From an uncultured archaeon (GTDB taxonomy: Archaea > Asgardarchaeota > Jordiarchaeia > Jordiarchaeales > Jordiarchaeaceae), in the NCBI GenBank assembly GCA_964510585.1, contig CAZECW010000079.1, positions 1 through 28,613 on the forward strand: a DNA stretch of 28,613 nucleotides. Reading direction: 5' to 3'. This document shows positions 18,931 to 27,853 of the stretch, one piece after another. The notes under the pieces were generated by a model. It was not told the DNA's origin, did not search any database, and saw nothing but the letters and a program-made list of their open reading frames with translations. Position numbers and translations under genes: made by a program. Every line of letters begins with the position of its first letter. Within the stretch, counting starts at the first letter, position 1.

Positions 18931-18983
18931 ATGAAATGTTATCATGAATAACATTTACTTTTATGAAATGTTACCTTTAAATA
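18931..18983 (+). promoter_or_regulatory. Repeat-rich operator or recombination-like site plus TATA box upstream of the integrase
   Basis: Inverted repeat AAATGTTA-(7 nt)-TAACATTT at 18934-18956, direct repeat ATGAAATGTTA at 18931 and 18963, and TTTAAATA at 18976-18983. Confidence 0.5.
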
Positions 18984-19041
18984 GGGGATTCACTCATATA
19001 TTTTAGGCGTTCCAAAGGCACTTTTCCTAGGGGAAGAAGCC

Positions 19042-20073
19042 ATGAGAAGTAAAAAATATACCCTTAATAATAGTCAGCGTGAGCTCCTTAATAAATTTTT
19101 AAACGATAAAAGGGCGGAGACTCAAATTAAATCTGCCACACTCAAAAACTATGAGAAGTCACTGAGTATCCTTGCCTCCCAAGTCAAAAAGGATCTGGAC
19201 AAAGTTACATCCGCTGATCTTAAAAGGTTTTTTGGGGAACTCGAACGGATGAGGGAAGAGGGAAAAATTTCTGACGCCTCAATTAGACTGTACCGTGTCT
19301 GCATTCGCGCCTTCTACAAATGGCTGGATGGGAATAAGAAGAGTTCCCGGGTGGACTGGATAAAAGTATCCAGGGTTAGAACAAAAATAAAGTCAGAGGA
19401 CCTTCTTAGCGAGGAAGAAATTAGCAGGCTCATTAACAGTGCCAGAACTTTAAGAGACAGAGCACTACTAAGCGTATTGTTGGAATCTGGACTGAGGAGG
19501 GGGGAACTCTGGAGCTTGAATGTGGGCTCAGTAATTCCTGCAAATTATGGTTTTCTTCTCAGCGTGGAGGGAAAGACTGGAACCCGCACCCTACCCTTAA
19601 TCAGCAGTGCAGGAGTTCTTGGCGAGTATCTCTCCACGCTACCAAAAGTTAAGGATTCTCCTTTATGGCTTAGTTCTCGCGGTACACGCCTGTCACAGAT
19701 TTCCATTTGGAGAATTGTTAAAACTTGTGCCAAGAGGGCGGGGATAAGTAAGCGTACCTACGTGCACCTGATGAGACATATGAGAGCCACAGAGCTTTCA
19801 ACCAGGCTCTCAGACCAAACAATGAAGGGATTTTTCGGTTGGAAGCCCACAAGTAACATGCCAGGAGTCTACAGCCACATTTCAGGAAAAGAGGTGGTAC
19901 GCGAAATCCTGAGAGTCTCTGGAGTGAATCTAGATGAAAAAAATAATTCGTCTGGACTAGTGATTTGTCCTCGCTGTAAATTGGCTAATACATCAATTAA
20001 CAATTACTGTGTGCGCTGTGGTACGCCCCTTAAAGAAAGATTGGAAACCTGGCACGAGGAATTTTCGAAATAA
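19042..20073 (+). CDS. Tyrosine recombinase/integrase with a C-terminal Zn ribbon
   Basis: N-terminal core-binding helices (ATLKNYEKSL, SIRLYRVCIRAFYKWL). Catalytic set R (SGLRRGE), K (GKTG), H-x-x-R (HLMRH), W (FGW), Y (VYSH). C-terminal CPRC-x10-CVRC. Confidence 0.93.
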   Translation: MRSKKYTLNNSQRELLNKFLNDKRAETQIKSATLKNYEKSLSILASQVKKDLDKVTSADLKRFFGELERMREEGKISDASIRLYRVCIRAFYKWLDGNKKSSRVDWIKVSRVRTKIKSEDLLSEEEISRLINSARTLRDRALLSVLLESGLRRGELWSLNVGSVIPANYGFLLSVEGKTGTRTLPLISSAGVLGEYLSTLPKVKDSPLWLSSRGTRLSQISIWRIVKTCAKRAGISKRTYVHLMRHMRATELSTRLSDQTMKGFFGWKPTSNMPGVYSHISGKEVVREILRVSGVNLDEKNNSSGLVICPRCKLANTSINNYCVRCGTPLKERLETWHEEFSK

Positions 20074-20175
20074 ACTTGAGTGAAATAGGAGGAGAGAAGA
20101 ATCAATTGAACGGCTATAAATAAGGTATATATTATTGAATTACAAAGAATTTAGGGATAATTGGGATGGTGGTTC

Positions 20176-20838
20176 ATGTTGGAGCAGGAAGGAGTGGACA
20201 AGGTTTGGCTTTTTCAATTGTTTTTACAGATCGCGGGCAGAATTCAAAAAATTTTGGGAAAAGACTATATGCGCATAGCTCTATTCCACATGGGGAACTA
20301 TGTTAGCAGTAGAATTGGCGAGAAAACGCCTGACCTGGATTCTTTGGACAAATTTAGGGTCTACGTTTTACAAAGATTGGGGAAGGTTGGGGATCCCTGG
20401 AATTCTGTGCTTTACGGGATCCTTGAGGCTGATAGGGATTATAAAGCCTCCCTAAAAAGAGGGGAAAGCGGATTCGACAAAGTAGTCAGACTAATTTTAG
20501 AATCCAGCACTGTGGGAAAAGAGCCCATCAAGACTCAAAACATATACGAAGCTACCCAGAAATACTTTGACCTTCTCAAATCAGTTAGGCTTGACATTCT
20601 AGCCTCCATCCAAGAGGTTGACGCAGACACCATAAATGTGGTAATTAGTGACTGTTTATGTAAGGGTTGCTGCAGCGCAGTTCAGGCAGAGAAACTATTT
20701 AGAGACGATGGAACGCCTTTTTGCTGGGCTTTAAAAATAGGCTGCGCCGGAATTTATCAATCGTCTCACAGCCCCTCGGAATACAGGTTACTTGAATTTG
20801 ACAAGCCCCACTGTAGAGGAATAATTCTCAGAATCTGA
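20176..20838 (+). CDS. Hypothetical protein with a Cys-rich C-terminal domain (possibly V4R-like ligand/metal binding)
   Basis: The ORF track starts at 20161; ATG 20176 is an alternative start. The C-terminus has DCLCKGCC...FCWALKIGC...HCRG after a helical N-terminal region. Confidence 0.6.
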   Translation: MLEQEGVDKVWLFQLFLQIAGRIQKILGKDYMRIALFHMGNYVSSRIGEKTPDLDSLDKFRVYVLQRLGKVGDPWNSVLYGILEADRDYKASLKRGESGFDKVVRLILESSTVGKEPIKTQNIYEATQKYFDLLKSVRLDILASIQEVDADTINVVISDCLCKGCCSAVQAEKLFRDDGTPFCWALKIGCAGIYQSSHSPSEYRLLEFDKPHCRGIILRI

Positions 20839-20883
20839 ACTTTTCTTTTTTTAAACTACACTAGTATTTCGGCCACCCTGATT

Positions 20884-21040
20884 GGTAATACTTTACTGCC
20901 TCCAAAATGCCTCCAAAAATATTTACGAAAAATCGAAAAAGTTAACGAAAAATAGAAAACAACTCACAAAACACAACAAAGTAAAAAAATAAAAAGAAGA
21001 ACTAAAAAAATAGAAAAAAATAAAATAAAAAATATGTAAA
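20884..21040 (+). repeat. Right copy of the ~155-bp imperfect inverted repeat
   Basis: GGTAATACTTTACTGCCTCCAAAATGCCTCCAAAAATATTTACGAAAAATCGAAAAAGTTAACGAAAAATAGAAAACAACTCA..., with shared outer anchors AACTAAAAAAATA and TATGTAAA. Confidence 0.9.
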
Positions 21041-21140
21041 ATTAAAACATAACATGAACAGTCTGAAAAAATTTTTGGGCAACCCCTAACCTCCACCAAT
21101 ATTTTTGAGGTGACTTATCAAGTTTTAGGTAAATGGGGGA

Positions 21141-23162
21141 TTATTTTTCTTGGATCTTATCTAGTTTTTGGATGAGGTCTAGAAGTTCTTTTTGAAGTTT
21201 TTGTTTCTCCTCAATATCTGTGGAGGTTATGGTGCCCTGCATTTCCTTCTTTTCTAATTCGTCTATTTTTGCCTTTACTTCGAATAGGCGGTTCTGGAGT
21301 TTCTCCATTTCTTTTGCGAATTTGGGTTTGGGCTGTGTTGATTGTGAGGGTGTTCTTTGTAGGAAAAGGCTGGCATAGATGTAGTCTTTCTGAACCTTGT
21401 CGTATCGTTCCTCAGTCTTGTACCTTTCATAAATGTATTTTTTGAAGTCTATCTCTCCTGAATCGTACTTGGACTTTAGCTTCTCCAGTTTTTCTCCATA
21501 CTCATTCACTTTCTTCTGAAGTTTTTGTCGGTTCTTGGAGAGTTTCATCACTTTTTGCATCTGAAGCTTGTGTACCTTGTCCAGGTTGATTATTGAGGCG
21601 AGAATAACTGGAAAGGCTTCTGCGAACTGGGATACTTCACCCTTCCATGTTTCAAGTTGTTTTCCGTATTCTTGCTCTATTCTTACAAGGAAATCGTGTA
21701 GCTTGCCCCTAATCCATATCTCCTCATCCAGTCCTATTGCTCCGGTGATGCAGGTTGCAGTGAGCAATTTGCTGTCCTCGCGTATAAATGTGCCAAAATC
21801 AGTTCCCAGCCTTTTCAGACCACCAACCCTCATCTCCTCTAGGAACGTTTTAATTGCAGACATGAAGCCTGAAATTAGTGTCACGTCCTGCTGCATAGAA
21901 ATGAAATCAAGGGACCACAGCGTGGCTCCTGTAGGGTTATGGTCAACAATAATGCTCTCCAAGTTTCTCATGGCATTTAGGGGAACTTTTCTCCTCCTAT
22001 AAGCTGTATAGCCCGAAGCGCCGGCAACAGAAACAGCACCAATTACACCAATGATTAGAAAGTTGCGGAATCGCTCCTGGTTCTGAACCAAAATTGTGAA
22101 AGCATAGATTTGGGAGAACCTCGCAATTAAAAGACTCATAAAAAGACTGGTGCCCTGAACATCGATGACCAAACTAAAAGTGACAGGGTCAAACCATGAG
22201 GAATTAAAAGAAAAGGACAAAACATCTGTGGAGCCCACATTACTAATATTACAAAAACCACTATTCTCACCCGCATCCTCCACATTAAAAATACCGTTAT
22301 CACTAATAACTTGTAAGCCTATCTGGGAAGGACGAGGATGCTCCGGAGTTCCATCCACACAGGCACTCACATATAATCTCATAGAAAAATCTACACTCAA
22401 AGGTTCCAAAATCAATGGTGAAATAGAGGTTAAGTTGTAAGCGGGCCCAAAATCTTCTTCCTCAGAATCATTGCGGTACATCCAGAATAACTCTTTGTAA
22501 GTTGAATCTTGTTTTAAGACTAGGAAAAAGGTGGCATTATCAGTCTGGCTCACATTTAAGGCAACAGTGCCTCCAAATATTGTTAAAATGTCTATTTTTT
22601 TCCATCCAATCTCCCTAATTACATCATACCCATTTATCCATTCAGTGATGCTTTGGCTTGGTTCAACTCTTTCCTCTGTGGGATTCCAGCTAGCGTTATA
22701 AATGGCGAAATCAATCTTTTTTGCGGGTACACCACCAATCAGGTATACGCTAATATTGTATAGGTAACATGTTTGGCTCAGGTTGAAGGACATAGCATAT
22801 GTTTGGCCCTTCAAAGATAAGCCATCGCTTGGAGTCTCCGCAGTACGTATAGTATAATTTCTAGCTTGAACATTTGATATGTTAAAAGTTACATTGTCAA
22901 CCTGTGAGAGGCTCGGCAACCTAATAGTTAATATGGTTCCAGTTGTTACACTGGGATACTCCACATGGTATAATTGGTCTTTGGAAATCAGAGAGTAATC
23001 CTGACAATTTTGGCCCGCAATCCAGTAAAAGTTTGAAAGCTGAGGTGGCATCAGAGCGTCGCGAAAACAAGTTAGGGGAAAAGCTAAGGCGCACACAAAA
23101 AGCAACGCAAAAGAGATTAAAACTATTTTTCTAGCCCAAAAGTTGTTCGCCCTAAAAGTCAA
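21141..23162 (-). CDS. Single-pass surface protein: glycosylated ectodomain, TM, cytoplasmic longin-like domain, C-terminal coiled coils
   Basis: N-terminal hydrophobic signal, many NxS/T sequons confined to the N-terminal half, and a TM (FLIIGVIGAVSVAGASGYTAY-RRRK). Longin-like pattern: LESIIVDHNPTGATLWSLDF...DVTLISGFMSAIKTFLEEM...KLHDFLVRIEQEY...WKGEVSQF. TTG start. Confidence 0.75.
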   Translation of the reverse strand: MTFRANNFWARKIVLISFALLFVCALAFPLTCFRDALMPPQLSNFYWIAGQNCQDYSLISKDQLYHVEYPSVTTGTILTIRLPSLSQVDNVTFNISNVQARNYTIRTAETPSDGLSLKGQTYAMSFNLSQTCYLYNISVYLIGGVPAKKIDFAIYNASWNPTEERVEPSQSITEWINGYDVIREIGWKKIDILTIFGGTVALNVSQTDNATFFLVLKQDSTYKELFWMYRNDSEEEDFGPAYNLTSISPLILEPLSVDFSMRLYVSACVDGTPEHPRPSQIGLQVISDNGIFNVEDAGENSGFCNISNVGSTDVLSFSFNSSWFDPVTFSLVIDVQGTSLFMSLLIARFSQIYAFTILVQNQERFRNFLIIGVIGAVSVAGASGYTAYRRRKVPLNAMRNLESIIVDHNPTGATLWSLDFISMQQDVTLISGFMSAIKTFLEEMRVGGLKRLGTDFGTFIREDSKLLTATCITGAIGLDEEIWIRGKLHDFLVRIEQEYGKQLETWKGEVSQFAEAFPVILASIINLDKVHKLQMQKVMKLSKNRQKLQKKVNEYGEKLEKLKSKYDSGEIDFKKYIYERYKTEERYDKVQKDYIYASLFLQRTPSQSTQPKPKFAKEMEKLQNRLFEVKAKIDELEKKEMQGTITSTDIEEKQKLQKELLDLIQKLDKIQEK

Positions 23163-23419
23163 TCCGCATACCCCGCCACGCCGTCGTTTTTACTATAAAT
23201 TAAACAAAAAAGCATTATAAAAGTTATCCAAAAGATGTACAAAATATCCGGGGAGATAAACTATGTTTTTTGGAACCCTTTACGTGGGAAAAACAAAATA
23301 AGGGCGTAAAAATTTTTAATGATGATTAGAAGGGAAAAATTGGGAAAAACTTTCTCCCCTCATCTCATACGCGGTTAAAAAAGAAAAGTGTTTGATGGGG
23401 ATGGGTTTTGCTGTCCTTT

Positions 23420-26400
23420 CTACTCTTCTGGTTCTTCCTCACTCTTTTTTGGGAATACGGATTTTTCTGTTTCCTCTGTTCCCTTTTCTTCCTCTGATGG
23501 TTCTTGTGGTTCGGGTTTTTGTAAATCTTCGGGTTCTGTTTTTTCTGTTTCTTCTTCTGCTGTTGTTTCTTCTGTTTCTTTTGGTTCTTCTAGTTGTTTT
23601 ATAGGTTTCTTTAGGGCTTCCCTTCTTTCTTCGTCTTCCTCAATCATTTGTAATACTTTGGCGCTGATTTCGCCTGGTACGCCTACTGTTTCGAGAAGTT
23701 TTTCGCGTTCTGTGGGTGTGGCTTTTTTCAATTCTAGGATTAATGCGTGTGCTTCGTCGGGATTCATTCCTGATTCAACTAGTAGGGGTGTTATTAATTG
23801 CTCCAATTCTACTGTGACGTAGCGTTCCTCTTTGGGTTCGATGCCGACAATAGCTAATTCCTGGCGGAGAACAGCTTCTACCACTTGGATTCTGGGTATG
23901 AGTTTAACTGTGATCTTCTCTCCGCGGCTGATTTTTGTTATAAGTTCGTCTATTCTTTTTATAATGGCAGGTATTCTAGCCCTCTTAATGTATGCATAGG
24001 TTGTGAAGGAGATTGTAGGTATAGCGACAGCTGAAACCACAAGTAGGAATGTGGTCTTTGGAATTCGAACATTAAGTAGGGGTATAAATATTGAGGTCTC
24101 CCCTACTGAGAGGAATATAGGGGATTGCTGTGTCTGGTAATTGTTGTAGCTGGCGGTAATTACTCCAAACAGGTTTCCTGGTGGAAGATTGTATGTTGGA
24201 ATGAAGGTTAAGTAGACTCCCGGCATAACTTCAACTAGAGTGAATATCATTGAGCCGAACTGCAATGTCACATTGGCACCAGTTAGTGGCGAGTGGGGAC
24301 CGGGTGTGTGGTAGTAGAAGATGATGGGGGTTAGAGGAACAGAGTTTTCAACCTGGATGTACGGTCCAAGGTATACTATTGCGGATGAGGCGATTGGTGG
24401 AATGAGAAAAGCATCTCCCAGAATGGTTGGAGCACCAAGAACACTGAGGATCGTGCTTTCCTCCTTAAACTGGTAGTTGGGTTTACTTGCTGAAATTTCA
24501 AGCGTGTAGCTAGTCGCAGTCAGAACAGTGGTGTTTATCTGAGCAGTATAGTTACCACTTCCAATATATGTCATAGAACCGGCATACTCGGTGCCCTTAA
24601 TACTCCAAGTGAGAACTGCGCCATCCACCGGCCCCTCGGGGGAGATTTGGGTATAAACAGCGTATATTGTTAGGTTCTCGCCCCAATAAATTTGGAACGT
24701 TAAGGAAGTTTCAAGCTTTGTCTGAACGTATTCGATCTCCAAGCTGATGGCGACTGAACCAGCAGTGTGGTTATCCCAGGAGAGACCAATTGTAACAGTG
24801 TAGCTACCAGCTGACAACTGTCTTAAGAATTCGTAGGAAATCTCATAGTTCCCACCGGTCTCATTCATAGTGCCAGAAAAGCCTCCGGGCGAGATGGTAA
24901 AGCTTAGAGGCGCTCCACTAACAGGCAGATTGTTATGTGTATCATTTAGGCGGGCTTGAATGCTGAAACTTGTATTCCAAGTTACAGTAATGTTTGTGCT
25001 GCTTGGCAATATTTCCAACGGAAGGTTATTCAACGGACTAATATACAGTGTTAAAGGCGTAGGATAAGTGTAATTGGCAGTTTCACTGGGTTCTGCAGTT
25101 ATCACAATGAAATAGTTCTGTCCACCATAAATTGTTCCGAAGTCGAATGTTATGCTCCATTTGCCAGTAGTTGAAGGATCCTTCGTCATTTTTGCAGGTC
25201 CGTAGAGGACATGTTCGGTGGTGTTTTTCAACGTGAAGTTCATCCAGTTTGCATCTATGCCTTGACCATTAGGATGCTTTATCCAAAACACGAAGGTAAC
25301 GCTGTCATTCCAGTAAATGTTAGTGAAGAAAGTACCGTTACTACATTCAAGACGCGGAGTAACTTGACCTATCGACCTATTCAGCGTTGCCAGGAAGAAC
25401 TTGGAGCTACTCATATCCACTAAGCGACCCAAACCACTAAGTGTCCCCTCAGGTTTGCTCTCGTTTACGTTCCACAGGGAGAAGTTTTCAGGATTAGGTG
25501 GATAACTGTAGGTGGTGTTAATAGTAATGTTTACTTCCTCGTTGGCGTAAACATAAAGGGTTATTTGTGCTAAGTACTGGTCTACTGATTGGTCAGAAAT
25601 GTTGTAGTCTGAAAGGCTGGGGTTCGTGTAGTTCACTGAAACTTGTGCCTTCTGCACATAGGTCCCATAAAAGTCCTGAACCAGTAAATATAGTTTGGTA
25701 ACATTCATCTCAATGTCAAAAGTCGAGCTATTAACCCCGGGAACCCATGCATAATCCCACCGCCAAACATAAGTCCTATAGGGAGTGGTGAGATTAGCCT
25801 CAATCCAGTACCCATCGGTTTTCTCAAAAAGTTGGAAGTTGCACCTCCCACTGGAGTCTGTAGACCCGGAAGCATTCACACCGTCCCACGGCGTATTATA
25901 AATTGTGACGGTAACATTTTCCGTGAGAGGATTGTCAAATGGGTCAGTAACTGTGATGTTAAGATCGAAGAAAACCTTTTCCTGAGTAGCGTTAACACTG
26001 ACGGTGAGGGCGTGGTTTCTCTGCATCATTTCTGCAAAGGTTTCAAACTCGTCTATCCCGTTAGCTCCGTTCCACATGTAGTTTGCAAACTTTTCATAGA
26101 TTAAGCTCCCAACGTCCACAGCAGTACTTGGCCACTGTCTATCCCAGTACTCATAGTATGTGTAAGAGGGCTGGTGTACTAGATAGGACCATCCAGAAGT
26201 ACTAACCACACTGTACACGGGACTTATTAGATCCACTGTTCCCATTGCTTCTTTATCGCTGGTGTCGTAGAATGCAAACCATAACGCTTTCCCAATATCT
26301 CTATTTTGGAACTGAGTCCACCAGTTGGTATAAGTGATTTTTTGTCCCGCTTCTGTCTTGTAGGTTAAGGTGGGCATGATTTTGTCATTAAAGACCCACT

Positions 26401-27304
26401 CATTGTTCCTGTATAGGGCGCTTCCATATGCTTGGTAAAACGTGGAGTTTGTTTCACAGATCCATCCCCACTCGAAAAATCTGTAGGTTATGTTGGTTGT
26501 GGCGTTAACCGTACCTCCCAGTCTTGCCAGTGTTGTGTATGTAACAAATAGGGGGCCATCGCTTAGTATTCCATAAGATAGTGGAGGATACTTTGAGGTA
26601 GAATCATAGTTGGGATAGTCGGGGTTCCAGTGGAAACCATAGCTTGTAGCGGGTTGTGATGTCCACCATGTTCCAGATATTTTGTTGTAGCTGTTGTATA
26701 GTTTTCCACCCTTGGCGGTGAGTGAGCAGTAGGCAAGATAGTTTGATGTATTAAATATGTAGTTGTTGCCATCGGTGGTGTAGTTTACGGTGTCTGTGTA
26801 GCTGGGCATCCAGACTGGGGCTGAATCATTATAGTAAATGTAATAGGTGGCTGTGCTACTTGCTGTGACGTTAACGTAAAACGTTATGGTTGCGGACTGT
26901 AAATAGTTTGTTTGGGGGTAGAGTGTGGTGTTCCAGACCTGGCATGGTATGGGGCCAGTCATCCAGCCTCCAGTCTCATTGTAGCGGTACTGTGGAACCA
27001 GTATTGAGCCATTATAGCACGTGCCTGGCTCAAAGGTTAAATATACGTCAACCAGATTATTTATTCGATTAATACCGTTTGTCTCTGTAAAGTTGACCTG
27101 CGTTCTATAACGGAATGAAGTATTCCACCATGAGGGCTCATAAGGGCTTTTTGTAGATATGGGCTGAGAATATGCAGAGGAGGGAAAAGTGTAGGGTGAA
27201 CCAAGAAGAGGCGGCGTTATGAACAGTGGGATCACCGTGGCTAGTAGTAGAGCGAGAAGAATGACTGTTGCGGTAAGGGGAAGAAGTCGCCTTCTCAGAA
27301 ACAT
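23420..27304 (-). CDS. Large cell-surface glycoprotein: DUF2341-like N-terminal domain, Ig-like beta-sandwich repeats, one C-terminal TM, cytoplasmic domain with acidic tail
   Basis: GGAGG RBS and a hydrophobic N-terminus. WWNTSFRYRTQVNF...VDVYLTF...ITFYVNV...TYYIYY resembles DUF2341. Thr/Tyr/Asn-rich repeats (TITVTWN...RLNDTHNNLPVSGA; IYWGENLTIYAVY...PVDGA), dozens of sequons, TM (FLLVVSAVAIPTISFTTYAYI-KRAR), and a Glu/Pro/Thr-rich tail. Confidence 0.8.
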   Translation of the reverse strand: MFLRRRLLPLTATVILLALLLATVIPLFITPPLLGSPYTFPSSAYSQPISTKSPYEPSWWNTSFRYRTQVNFTETNGINRINNLVDVYLTFEPGTCYNGSILVPQYRYNETGGWMTGPIPCQVWNTTLYPQTNYLQSATITFYVNVTASSTATYYIYYNDSAPVWMPSYTDTVNYTTDGNNYIFNTSNYLAYCSLTAKGGKLYNSYNKISGTWWTSQPATSYGFHWNPDYPNYDSTSKYPPLSYGILSDGPLFVTYTTLARLGGTVNATTNITYRFFEWGWICETNSTFYQAYGSALYRNNEWVFNDKIMPTLTYKTEAGQKITYTNWWTQFQNRDIGKALWFAFYDTSDKEAMGTVDLISPVYSVVSTSGWSYLVHQPSYTYYEYWDRQWPSTAVDVGSLIYEKFANYMWNGANGIDEFETFAEMMQRNHALTVSVNATQEKVFFDLNITVTDPFDNPLTENVTVTIYNTPWDGVNASGSTDSSGRCNFQLFEKTDGYWIEANLTTPYRTYVWRWDYAWVPGVNSSTFDIEMNVTKLYLLVQDFYGTYVQKAQVSVNYTNPSLSDYNISDQSVDQYLAQITLYVYANEEVNITINTTYSYPPNPENFSLWNVNESKPEGTLSGLGRLVDMSSSKFFLATLNRSIGQVTPRLECSNGTFFTNIYWNDSVTFVFWIKHPNGQGIDANWMNFTLKNTTEHVLYGPAKMTKDPSTTGKWSITFDFGTIYGGQNYFIVITAEPSETANYTYPTPLTLYISPLNNLPLEILPSSTNITVTWNTSFSIQARLNDTHNNLPVSGAPLSFTISPGGFSGTMNETGGNYEISYEFLRQLSAGSYTVTIGLSWDNHTAGSVAISLEIEYVQTKLETSLTFQIYWGENLTIYAVYTQISPEGPVDGAVLTWSIKGTEYAGSMTYIGSGNYTAQINTTVLTATSYTLEISASKPNYQFKEESTILSVLGAPTILGDAFLIPPIASSAIVYLGPYIQVENSVPLTPIIFYYHTPGPHSPLTGANVTLQFGSMIFTLVEVMPGVYLTFIPTYNLPPGNLFGVITASYNNYQTQQSPIFLSVGETSIFIPLLNVRIPKTTFLLVVSAVAIPTISFTTYAYIKRARIPAIIKRIDELITKISRGEKITVKLIPRIQVVEAVLRQELAIVGIEPKEERYVTVELEQLITPLLVESGMNPDEAHALILELKKATPTEREKLLETVGVPGEISAKVLQMIEEDEERREALKKPIKQLEEPKETEETTAEEETEKTEPEDLQKPEPQEPSEEEKGTEETEKSVFPKKSEEEPEE

Positions 27305-27853
27305 TAAACAGCTTCCTCCAAACAGTGTTTGGGAACACTTTTGTGTAATCGCTTTCCACTAAATTAAAACAACTATTTACATTACTTAATTATATAGTCT
27401 GAAGGCGAATATAAGTCTTACTTATGAGCTTTTTGACCTCGTATTAGCTATGTGGTTTGCCTTTTAATCGGCGTAGAGTATGCCTAAATTACCTGTTTTT
27501 TAGGCTTCAAAATAGGGAAGGAGTCCTAAATAAGAGCTCCCTTTTTTTGAGACGACCAAACATTTGGCTACACAGAACCACATAGTGGATACAATGTCTC
27601 GAACTTTTGGAGAGCAGTATTTCTTAGGTTTATTTGGTTTTACTTAATAAGGGGAAACGCGTTTTTGAGTTCTAAAAGCGCGCTTAAAACAAGAGGTGGA
27701 ACAAAACAAATTATGGGGGATCGGCTCTGCGGATATGTGAGAGTTTCATTTCACTTCTATTCCATAAAGATTTTCCATGATTATTAAAGTCTAGTTCATT
27801 TTTATGCCTCAAAAATAGTGGGTTGAAAAAAGTGGGGGGAGGGGATAGAGATT

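Larger units (their letters stand above)
16941..21040. mobile_element. Putative tyrosine-recombinase cassette bounded by inverted repeats
   Basis: An intact integrase lies between two long inverted repeats, and the whole unit sits between the convergent genes apgM and the 673-aa gene. Mobility itself is inferred. Confidence 0.5.

Noticed and set aside
18161-19041. tRNA or other structured RNA serving as the integrase attachment site
   Set aside because: No cloverleaf or T-loop (GTTCRA) signature found on either strand; only short local hairpins.
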